A DNA stretch of 63,589 nucleotides, counting the filler, from Lenisia limosa (lineage: Eukaryota > Protista > Breviatea), in NCBI GenBank assembly GCA_001655205.1. It is 18 parts of 18 records of this genome, joined end to end, with 100 filler letters (N's around TTAATTAATTAA, not from the genome) between each part and the next. Parts side by side here need not be neighbours in the genome. Positions count along the whole stretch, not along the records: positions 1 to 6,025 come from LPNZ01008279.1; positions 6,126 to 13,152 come from LPNZ01007931.1; 16 more parts are not named here. One strand, 5' to 3'. The notes below the pieces were generated by a model, which saw nothing but the letters and a program-made list of their open reading frames with translations, made no database searches and was not told where the DNA came from. Position 1 is the first letter of the stretch. Every line of letters starts with the position of its first letter. Both the position numbers and the translations under genes were made by a program. This document shows, one piece after another, positions 1-10,500 of the stretch.

Positions 1-1721
1 GGGGGGGGGGGTCACCAATGACGTTAATTCAAGAGCTTCGATTTGATAGAAGATATTCAACATTATTAATTATTGAACAGAGAACATAGTAGTAATGTTC
101 TCTGAATGTGATGCTCTTATGATGGGCTTATGTTTTAGCTACAACGAGTGCTCCTTCTCAACAACGTACGATACACCCATGTCTCCAAATGGGTTATTCG
201 ATGCGAAACGGACGCTCGTCATGAGTGGGGGGGGGGGGGTACTACGTNNNNNNNNNNNNNNNNNNNNNNNNNNNNNNNNNNNNNNNNNNNNNNNNNNNNN
301 NNNNNNNNNNNNNNNNNNNNNNNNNNNNNNNNNNNNAATGAGAGTTTGTAAGTTTTTTGACCTTCAACTTTCATGTCACCAATTTTGATTTAACCAATCT
401 TGGGGGAGGTCTTTTTATCTCTTCTCACATTCCGACACCATCTTTTTATCTCGTCTCACCACGTAGGCATGGCGCCTCCCGTGGTGAACATGGTCTTGTT
501 TTCGAGCTCGAAATCTGCAGAATTGCCCTGTGGGGGGAGGGTGCTTAATGAAAGGGTTTTTTGCTCTTTTTTTTCTTTTTTTTTGTGCTTCCCCTTTGAG
601 GAAAACGTTTTTTTTTTTTTTTTTTNNNNNNNNNNNNNNNNNNNNNNNNNNNNNNNNNNNNNNNNNNNNNNNNNNNNNNNNNNNNNNNNNNNNNNNNNNN
701 NNNNNNNNNNNNNNGCGTCTACAAGGTGAAACCATTGTTTATCAAGAGGTAGGCCCACAGCTTGCTTCGGTTATGTACTTACCATGATTTTTATGTTCTT
801 CAATTCTGTATTTTTGTTTCAGTTTTAGTGCGGAGGGAGATAGAATTGTAGCAAAGAGATACTTTTCCATGTTGAATAGAGGGAATTGTATTAACACATC
901 TCACCTCTTAGTTCTCCAACCGACTCATTGCCCTCATGAAGGTGTAGCTGGCCTTTATGGTATTAGTCTAAGTCTAGTTTTCTAAGTTTCAATATAGTGT
1001 TCTTTTTTTGTTTCTCTCTGATTCTTGTATGTTTTGACAGATATTTCTTACTTGTTTCCGCGTAAGGGATTCACAAAAAGATTCACTCAAAAGTCTTTTC
1101 TGCTATATAATGACGAATTTATTACTAATTTTATATTGCTATATCTACATAGTTAGCCTCTTCATAACCAATACTCATGGTGTAGATCCTAGTGGCTGCG
1201 AAACATATCAGATATGTATGAATTGATTTTTGTAAACTGAAAAGGGGTCGGGAAAGGACCGTTAAGTCACATTCCCAGAAGTAGAAATTCTAGTCAGGAG
1301 ATGCCAATGAAATGACAATCCCAACCCTTTCCGCCTCTGGAGTGCAATGAGGGTTCCGGGATTGGCCTCCTTGCCTGAGTGATCACAAGGATGGCTGACC
1401 AAGGTAAGTTTAAGGTTTGGCGGAATGACCACACTGAAAAACAAGGGTTTGTGCCCAGGGGAAAATACAGGGTTTACTTCTTTGTTTTTTGATGTAGTGG
1501 AAGCATAGAGAGGCAGGAGGGTAACCGTTATCCCGTGTTCTCGTCGAATATATATTGTTTTTTCTAGCTTTTTCTCCTGTTTGATTTGTGTATTGGTGGG
1601 TGTGCTATTGGTTTGTGTGTTGTTCGTGCCTGTGGAAGGGGGAAGCGATACTATTACCGAACTTGCAAAAACAAATTTGCTCTAAGGGATTCAAGCAGTA
1701 GAAATAGCGTTCTGTTCTTTA

Positions 1722-4700
1722 GATATCCCTCGCGAAGTATTCTACAATGGGAGACGATGGATGGTAGGGAGCTGCACAACTTTATCATCTTTTTTCAGGA
1801 AGATAGCTGGCTCCGGAGGCAAGAGTATGCCTGCACCCACGAAAAACCAGAAGAAAAGACAGAATCAAAAGGCCAACAAGGCTGAGGTGGGGATTTCAGT
1901 TTTTGGTGAATCCGTGTAACTCCCTTCCCTCTTACCCGATGGTATTTACATGATTAGAAGGAGGCACTTGCAGCAGAGGAAGAAGTAAAGGGTTCAGCCG
2001 ATTCTGACGAGGCCAACATCTATGCGGTTTTCAATGATGAGAAAACTAAGCAAAAGATCGACTCACAAATGGGTGGGCGGTTTAACCCCTGATGCTTGCT
2101 GATGAATGATGAAAGTATAATCTTCTTGCTGGCAATAATTTGTATGTCATTTCAATTCAATATTCTCTGAATGTCATTTAATTTGGATTTCACCCCTCAA
2201 GAACGCGCGGGTATGAAGGAGATACCTGAAGTCCTCCTTGCTCCTGTTACCCCCGAGACTGACCAATACGATGAGGAGGAAACACCATTGTATGCGGGTT
2301 GTGTTGTATTGTCTCGGGGTTCGCCTCGCGTTTTTGCCTCGCGTTTTTGTTTCCTTAAATTAAATAAAATTGCATGTTATCGCCCTTGATAAATCCTTGT
2401 GGTTTCATATTTAGCCAGCAGAGTTAATTTAGTTTTGGTTTTGTTTCATACACCCCCCCTCCCAGGACAGCAGGTGGCAAGAAGAGCAGAACTCGTATCA
2501 AGAGGCCTGCCCTCAACACCATCCTTGAGACCACTGTGAGTCTCACACTCAAGATTATTTAATTATATCATAAATATCTGAAGGCAAAGTATCCTCACTA
2601 GGAGAAAAAACAGCGCCGCTCCTCACCTCCTCCACCATTTGTTTTGTAAAAGCCTATTCTTCTGGTTTTCTATTGTTTGGAAATGTTAATATGATACAGT
2701 TAGTGTGGTAACAGTGATATCTAAATAAGTTTGCTTTTGAATATTGTGATAGTTTTCATTCATGAAATTCGCTTGGTTTCACCCACCCCAGGTTGACTCC
2801 GATGAAATTGCCGCCCAGTTCACCTCCAAACTGGAAGACTACCAGGACCGTGATGACGTTGCACTCTCAAGTGGGGGGGGGGNNNNNNNNNNNNNNNNNN
2901 NNNNNNNNNNNNNNNNNNNNNNNNNNNNNNNNNNNNNNNNNNNNNNNNNNNNNNNNNNNNNTTTATCAAGAAATTCATTCTTTTTTCGAACTGAAGTGAA
3001 GCCCAAGGCAGACTGCAGCTGAACTTAGGTTTTATAACGCTTCCTATAAGCATGATGATGTGGACGGCTTCGGCCAGAGACACGGTATAACACTGTCATT
3101 GGGATCTAACATGAAGCTCGTGCTAACATTCCTAACACCCCAGCTATTCTCTCATATTTGGACATTAAAATGGCCCCCGCGCGCCTCCTCACCCCGACGG
3201 CGCTTGGCAAAAGGGAGCATGAGCATCTCATTGGTTGGTTTGTTGTTCGCAACCCTCGTGTTGTCAGCCAAAAGAGTTTATTTTTGGGCTTCTTCTTTTT
3301 TTTGTGTGTGTGTTTGTTTTTTCATGCATTTTCCAATTTCACTCCCCCAGCGTACCCCAGCAGCCAGTGCCCCGAAGCCATCACAAAGCAGATCACAGAT
3401 CTCTGCGCCAAGGTCTCTACTGCGGCACGGGTCAAGTTCTGTCTCTTCGCTCTTGCCCACACCTTCAACATGGTTCCTGGTTCGGGGGCTGTCTTGCGTC
3501 ACTATTTTGTGTTGTGATTGAAGTTTATTAGTTTGTCCTTTGACCACATATGGCCACTTGTATAACAACCTTGAAATCAACGTACTCCAAACGACTGAAA
3601 TCCTTTCCTCCCATTTTTTATAACTTTTTAAAGCAAAAATAATGGGGGATTTCAAGACGCTTTGTCGGGTGAATTTTCAGACACTTTGAGTCTATTATTT
3701 GGTGTTAACTACTCAGATAAGCTGACCCGCTGCACCTCCCCTGTCTCCTTTATGCTGATGCTCCAAGTAAGTTGTAGCTCGCTTCCATTACTGTATTAAT
3801 TGTGAAAGCCCCGAAGTTGTAGTTCCGTTACTATATTAATTGTGAAATTTGGGCATTAGGTCTCACTTCGGTTCAAAAAATACCGGTAAAAATATCGATA
3901 ATTTCCGAAAGCTGTATTGCGAGTAAATTACCATTACCCCTCTTGTATGTAGTATTCACTATTCTAATAGAGTAGGAAAATGGGGGGGGGNNNNNNNNNN
4001 NNNNNNNNNNNNNNNNNNNNNNNNNNNNNNNNNNTCCTGTGCTAACCTCCAGTGCTGCTTTGCTGCCGGAGGAGACGTGGCAAACATCGCTGTAGAAGCC
4101 TTCTTGTTTGGACGGGGGGGTATGAAACACACAATAACCTGGTGTGGACGGGGGGGTATGAAACACACAATAACCTGGTGTGGACGGCTTTGGCTTCTTA
4201 TCCTTTTTGTCACAGTACGCCTTATGCATCGCTACATTCCCATATACAACTTTCTCGCTCAAAATACCTTCGATAACTATCGATATTTCACGGACTGTGT
4301 CGAGACCAAGAAAGCTCTAGTGCTCAATTGACAATTCAGGTCATCCCTGGACTATGGCGAAGGCGAGCGCCGCCTTATGAAAACAGTCGACCGCACTGTT
4401 CTCCTTCATTGGCTTCTCGGACAGAACTACGTCAAAACACCGCTCCATACTTTCAGATGTGGGGGGCAGGGCTTCACTTCAGTTCGAAAAAGAGGGTAAA
4501 ATATCGATAGTTTTCAAGGATTTATCGAGAAATTATTTCTGTTTTTGAACCGAAGTGAAGCTAGGGTATTTCTCTTTCATATGTGGGGACAGCCTTATGC
4601 TATTGGTTCATTTGAGTGGTATTGAGAGTTTTGCTGAGAGCCAAACAATGCAAAAAATACATATTCTAGAGAAACAATTCTACGTCAATCCGTCGCTATT

Positions 4701-5803
4701 CACTACTCAGACCTGTTCATGACTCTTCTGGGAAGTACCTCCAAGAAGGTTCTTGCCGGCATGAAGCCCACTGCCACCCTCTTCGCCACCTTCATCAACC
4801 TCATTTGGTGGGTAACTCGTGGCTTAAAAACAAGATTAAAAGTAGTCCTCTTTTGCTTTGTTTTGTTTTTGCTGTTTCATTTGTTTTTTACTATTTGTTG
4901 TTTTTATCTGCCCAGTACTCCCCAACTGGTGAAGTTGGCCCGCACCGTCCCCATGATTCTCCCCCACTTTGCCTACCGTTTTGTCCTCAGCGCTGCAACT
5001 ATTGACCCCAAGAAGTATGCCTCATTTCAACTTGATATCTCCTGAGGCTTTGAATAGAAATGCGGATTATTACTTTTATAATAATATCCTTTACTTTACT
5101 ACTTTGCTCCCAACACCGTTTAGCCCCTTTATACTTCTATAGCCCCTTATACCCTGCTGCCGAGGCCGTTCTCAAGAATTACAGTGTCATCAAACAGGTT
5201 GGCCTGGGCTGCTTTGGGTTGCTTAAAAATATCTCCATTTCTCTAAGTAATATGTTCTTTTGTTTTGTTTTATGTGGGAGACAATTTGAATGACCTTCCC
5301 CCCCCGCCGCTGGAGTGACACGATGCGGTGCTGCAGAAGTGGCTGGCCTGGGCTTTGTTTTGTTGTCAACCCTCGTGTTTTGTCATCCAACAAAGTTAAT
5401 TTTGGTCTTTTGTTTGCCCCGTTTTCTCCCTTGTTGTTTGAGAGAGTGGGGTCTTTTATCCCGCTGTACCGCCGGATCCTGTTGGCTTCATATCTCATTA
5501 TTTATCAAACTTGCATGTGATATGTTGAGTCGGAAAGGTGTTGATATTATTATTTTTTTATTTTTTTTATTTTTTATTTATTATTATTTTATTTTATTTT
5601 TCATCCCCAATATTTCCAATTTATTATTAAAAGCTCCTTCCCTCACCCCTTCGCAGGTCTTCATCGAAACAGCCATCCGCAACACCAAGGTTCCCGACCA
5701 AATGGTGCTCTACATTGAGAAGAGCCTTCCAAGCCATTGCACCACCCTCTTCCTGACCTGTGTGTCCCTTCTCGACAGTCGCACTCCTGACGTCGCCAAA
5801 AAG
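1722..5803 (+). CDS. Multi-exon host gene, unknown helical-type protein (partial; exon set approximate)
   Basis: Series of GT-AG-bounded, GC-richer exons: KIAGSGGKSMPAPTKNQKKRQNQKANKAE; KEALAAEEEVKGSADSDEANIYAVFNDEK; VDSDEIAAQFTSKLEDYQDRDD; AYPSSQCPEAITKQITDLCAKVSTAARVKFCLFALAH; TPQLVKLARTVPMILPHFAYRFVLSAATIDPKK; VFIETAIRNTKVPDQMVLYIEKSLPSHCTTLFLTCVSLLDSRTPDVAKK. No family recognised. Confidence 0.6.
3234..3350 (+). repeat. Intron-resident repeat family D (introner-like); this copy is an entire 117-nt intron
   Basis: Shared core CAACCCTCGTG(T)TGTCAGCCAACAGAGTTGATTTTGG...TTTCATAAATTTTCCAATTTTAC-polyC-AG. Other copies at about 5313-5410(+), 8349-8463(-), 9152-9240(-), 12865-12962(-), 26469-26612(-), 34798-34885(+), 35140-35225(+), 35490-35553(+), 36437-36531(-), 37095-37150(-), 39995-40150(+), 41582-41625(+), 52510-52625(-), 56095-56150(-). 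Confidence 0.85.
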
Positions 5804-6025
5804 GTGCGTACCTGCTCAAACTCAGTTTCGGCTAGGATATAAGACCGAATTGTCATTAATTCGCTAATATCGATAGATCAAAAGTCTTCTTAATGTCTTC
5901 AGTTCCTCAAGTGCTTGCCCCTCTTTCTCTTCATTATTTTTATGACCACTATTTGTTGCCATTTATTATGTTGTTGTTTTGTGCAAACATTCCCTTGAGT
6001 TTTGGATGAAGGTCGCCTTTGTTCC

Positions 6026-6125
6026 NNNNNNNNNNNNNNNNNNNNNNNNNNNNNNNNNNNNNNNNNNNNTTAATTAATTAANNNNNNNNNNNNNNNNNNN
6101 NNNNNNNNNNNNNNNNNNNNNNNNN
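6026..6125. other. Artificial scaffold linker (44 N + TTAATTAATTAA + 44 N); first of 17 in the window
   Basis: The same 12-mer, which gives stops in all six frames, is centred in a 100-bp N block at 6070, 13197, 18200, 20169, 21355, 22974, 25657, 29780, 31701, 34382, 35598, 38304, 39446, 41403, 45003, 57988 and 62382. Sequences on either side are not genomic neighbours. Confidence 0.97.
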
Positions 6126-6147
6126 TAAGAGGGGTATGATTGTCAAC

Positions 6148-6203
6148 TAGGGCTTCACTTCGGTCGAGATATTCAGCGTTTTTCAAACCGAAATGAAGTC
6201 CTA
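6148..6203. mobile_element. Internally deleted hAT-like MITE (family A)
   Basis: TAGGGCTTCACTTCGG...CCGAAATGAAGTCCTA flanked by the direct repeat (A)TTGTCAAC on both sides. Confidence 0.75.
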
Positions 6204-6619
6204 ATTGTCAACCAAATGATTTAGTACTTAATGATTTTTAACTAAATGATTGTTAGCTTTTGTTAAAGATGATTGTTAACTTTCATATGATTGTTAACTT
6301 CCATTCAGGTTATCATTAAAAACGTGTTTTCACTGACATTTAGGGTGTCCCCTCTCCCGAGCATGCTTGATGATTTCATCTTAACCGCCACTCTGCACTA
6401 CCCTGAAGGTATACTGCTGGCTCTTCGGTTATGACAAAGACTGAATTTCGTCAATCCCTACTTTACTTATTAACTCCCCAAATCCCAACTTTGACTATTA
6501 CCCTCACCCAATCCCACAAGGCATCTTTTGACTTTTTAGGAACTTCATCGACGTTCACACGCTCGTGAAATAATGTGCTGTAATCGTTTCTTATCCGGTA
6601 AGGTGGGGAAATGTTTAGC

Positions 6620-6985
6620 AGCGAGAAATAAAAAAAACAAGGTTGTATCTGGCTGAAGCCGTCCACACCATCACACTTATGAAATTGTTTATATTATATA
6701 GTCTGGAGATGTTTTTTTTTTGAAACTGGGTAGGGGGGATTATGTGGATGAATGTATCATAGGGTTAGACGCCTGGAGAGGCATTTAGAAGGCTGTGTGC
6801 ATAGAGTTGTTAGCAAACGATGTGAATCAATATATTGTAATATATCTGGTTCGAATAAAGACTTAAATTCTCGATAAATCCTCGAAAACTATCGATATTT
6901 GACCGGTCTTTTTCGAACCGAAGTGAAGCCCTAAAAATATATTATTCGAATGATGGACGGCTTCGGCCACACAAACTTGTTTTAG
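6620..6985. mobile_element. Long-TIR MITE (family C) with a nested family-A MITE at about 6845-6933
   Basis: Left arm GAGAAATAAAAAACAAGGTTGTATCTGGCTGAAGCCGTCCACACCATCAC, inverted right arm GATGGACGGCTTCGGCCAC..., and internal CTGTGTGCATAGAGTTGTTAGCAAA shared with the 10470 and 55465 copies. Confidence 0.65.
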
Positions 6986-7519
6986 TTTTCCTCTCGAATT
7001 TCGATAAATCTTGAAACCCAGTATTTATCGGTGAATGAGAGCTATCTTTAGAGGGAAGGGGGGGGGGGGNNNNNNNNNNNNNNNNNNNNNNNNNNNNNNN
7101 NNNNNNNNNNNNNNNNNNNNNNNNNNNNNNNNNNNNNNNNNNNNNGAAAGAGGAAAATTAATCCATTTCAATATGCTCAACTCTACATTTCACAATCAAT
7201 ATAGTCTCAAGGAGCCTTCTCTCTTCTTCTGTTGAAGGCTGTGTGAAGCCCTCAGGAGTTTCTTCATCTAATGCTAGCTGTATAATTGTTCACTTTATTA
7301 TTCATGTTTAGATCTATTTTTGAGAGCTTACAGTGTATTATATAATTGGTAAACAAATACATCGGGATATAGATGAGAAATAAAAAACAAGGTTGTATCT
7401 GGCCGAAGCCGACCACACCATCACTCGCTTATAAGAGATATTGGGTTATAGTATATTTAATTCACCCAATCATCTGCCTTATGGTGAAGGAAGCAAAGGA
7501 AAGTCTATTAGACACATTA

Positions 7520-10500
7520 GGCGCCCATGATTCCAGACTTTTTTGCAGCCCCATCTTTTCGATTGTGGTTGCCTATCCGACTCTACAATAGTAAGAGATA
7601 TTGGATTATAGAATACTAGTAGCAAGGAGGGTCTCACCTTGTTTTTATTTTTGTAGTTCCTTGAATTTGTGGACTTTTGAGAAGAAGCAGTTCTAATTTG
7701 ACGTTATTGATGGAGAAATTGTATTTTTTTCATATATTGAAACAAGAAATAGAGATCCAGCGGTTGACTACACTCTACATGAAAGAAACATCCACAGAAA
7801 GCAACATTATATCATTATTGGAGTACACCCAAGTTTATTACATCCTCCCCCCTGGCGTCTTCCCCCTACCCACTGTTCTTTAGAATTTGTTGATGATACG
7901 ACAGCGTCGTCAGGTTTCGAGTACTTTTGTCCCTGGACAATGAAACCAAAAACAGTGGATTGAGTACAGTAGTTCTGAAATGTCGAAGCTCTTAACCATT
8001 AAGTATTGACTTACAANNNNNNNNNNNNNNNNNNNNNNNNNNNNNNNNNNNNNNNNNNNNNNNNNNNNNNNNNNNNNNNNNNNNNNNNNNNNNNNNNNNN
8101 NNNNNNNNNNNNNNNNNNNNNNNNNNNNNNNNNNNNNNNNNNNNNNNNNNNNNNNNNNNNNNNNNNNNNNNNNNNNNNNNNNNNNNNNNNNNNNNNNNNN
8201 NNNNNNNNNNNNNNNNNNNNTCCAATGTTTGCCTTTGTTGATGGTTTTTGGGTTGAAGATGATGGCGCTGGCGCCACGCCCGCGCCTCCCACTGTTGCAC
8301 CTGCTCCGACAAATGCAGATCCATCCTTATTTCGGATGGTAAAGGAACCTGGGGGAGTAAAACGAAGGAAAATTATGAAACAAACAAAAAACCCAAATCA
8401 ACTTTTTTGGCTGACAACACTCAAGGTTTGATAACCATAAAACAAACAAAGTCTAGGCCAGACCCTGGGGGGGGGGGGTAAATATGGANNNNNNNNNNNN
8501 NNNNNNNNNNNNNNNNNNNNNNNNNNNNNNNNNNNNNNNNNNNNNNNNNNNNNNNNNNNNNNNNNNNNNNNNNNNNNNNNNNNNNNNNNNNNNNNNNNNN
8601 NNNNCAGCGATTCCTGTACATTAATATGTCTAATAACAGCTGAAAACACTGCGATGATAGGACAACAGACCTTTAGTGGCTTTCTTCTCTTCCTGGTTTT
8701 TGGCAGGAGAGGGTTTGGAGGGTTTCGCAGATTTCGAGGGTATTTGGGGAGCGGATGAGGGAAGTGCTGAAAAGGAGGATTTAGTTACTTTGGATGGATC
8801 ACATAATAAGCATATTCCTCCTCTTATACAGCTCCGCTCCTCACCCTTCTCACAGCATTAATCAATCCTACCTAGGGATTCCCTACGGTCCCAAAAAAGA
8901 CTGAATTTCTCGATAAACACTGATAAATATCGATATTTTGACGGTCTTTTTCGGATTGTAGGGAAGCCCTGATCCTTCCACTTACCCCCCCCCCCCNNNN
9001 NNNNNNNNNNNNNNNNNNNNNNNNNNNNNNNNNNNNNNNNNNNNNNNNNNNNNNNNNNNNNNNNNNNNNNNNNNNNNNNNNNNNNNNNNNNNNNNTGTTG
9101 TTGTCCAGAACCGCATCATTCTCAAAGTTATCGTAGCTGTCGTCATATTCTGAGGGGGGGAGGGAATAAAATTGAAAAAAATTGGAAAATTTATGAAACA
9201 AAAAGCCCGAAACAAATCTGTTGGCTGACAACATCCAGCGTACGTCAGATTGGGGATTGGGGGGTAAGACGGGGGGTATCATTAATTCATTCATTACCTT
9301 TCAAATCATATACTATACCGTTGCGACTGTATTAGTAATTCTAATATTCACCATTGTAACTACATCATTTTCCACATCAAAGAGAGGTTAATCAGTGAAG
9401 AACCTTCTTCAATCACTTTTCCATCATTAACTGCAGTATCCCTCCCCACCATCCTCATCCACAAGGGACATAACGGTGGCGAGCATGGAGGGATCAAGAT
9501 CAGCCAAGCCATCCACATCATCATCCTTCAGTGCCTCCAGCCGAGACTCAATCTGAGGAAATTGGTCAGAATAAATTCATAATTAAATGCGTTGGCAACG
9601 AATTTGAAACATGTAGTAAGGGATTTGAAACAATGAAACAGACAAAGCAAGTGAGTGGAGGATTGAGTACAGTAGTTCTGAAATGTCGAAGCTCTTAACC
9701 ATTAAGTATTGACTTACAANNNNNNNNNNNNNNNNNNNNNNNNNNNNNNNNNNNNNNNNNNNNNNNNNNNNNNNNNNNNNNNNNNNNNNNNNNNNNNNNN
9801 NNNNNNNNNNNNNNNNNNNNNNNNNNNNNNNNNNNNNNNNNNNNNNNNNNNNNNNNNNNNNNNNNNNNNNNNNNNTCCAGCGGGGAGCGATCAATCACTA
9901 AAAATGCTCAATCCAATCCACATCCATACGCCTCCCTCTCTCACTTCTTGGGTCTTAACAAGCGTCGTGATTTGGTCCATATCGGTGTTAGTCATGGGCT
10001 GAATGGTCAGATGCAAATGGTCAGACATATTGTTACAATTATGTATCCTATAGTATTGCTATATACATCATATCCCCCTCCACTCACAAGGATTTAACAA
10101 GGATTTTATCCCCTCTAGGGCTTCAATTCGGTTTGAAAAATTACTGAATTTCTCGATAAATCCTCAAAAATTATCGAAATTTCACCAGTCTCTTTGGGAA
10201 CCAAAGAACCCATACATATTACCCGATTTCTTACCCCCCCCCCTACCTTAAGCACGTCATCCAGTTCCTTCTTGCCAACGTGGGAGACTTCGGATAGATC
10301 GGCACCTCGCATTACGTCAAAACGATCCCCTAGGTTTTATTATTCTATTTATTGATACTATATGATAGGTAGAAAGGAAAAATAAAGCAAAGTAGGACAA
10401 TAGTAGCGTCTTGTATAACGTCAAAACGGTCCCCTAGGTTTTATTATCTATTTATGATATGTATTTGGAAGTAAGCAAGGTATTAGTATCTGGCCGAAGC

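Noticed and set aside
1290-1405. In-frame TGA codons in an exon-like segment suggesting UGA=Trp
   Set aside because: Well-supported genes (AlaRS, RasGEF, ankyrin) use TGG for Trp and show no in-frame TGA; the exon boundaries here are simply unresolved.
6070-6081. Recurrent TTAATTAATTAA palindrome as a biological motif
   Set aside because: Always centred in exactly 44+44 N; it is an assembly linker giving stops in six frames.
6785-6830. Apparent duplicated exon (CVHRVV) at about 6790 and 10565
   Set aside because: It is the interior of family C MITE copies, also present inverted at about 55580.
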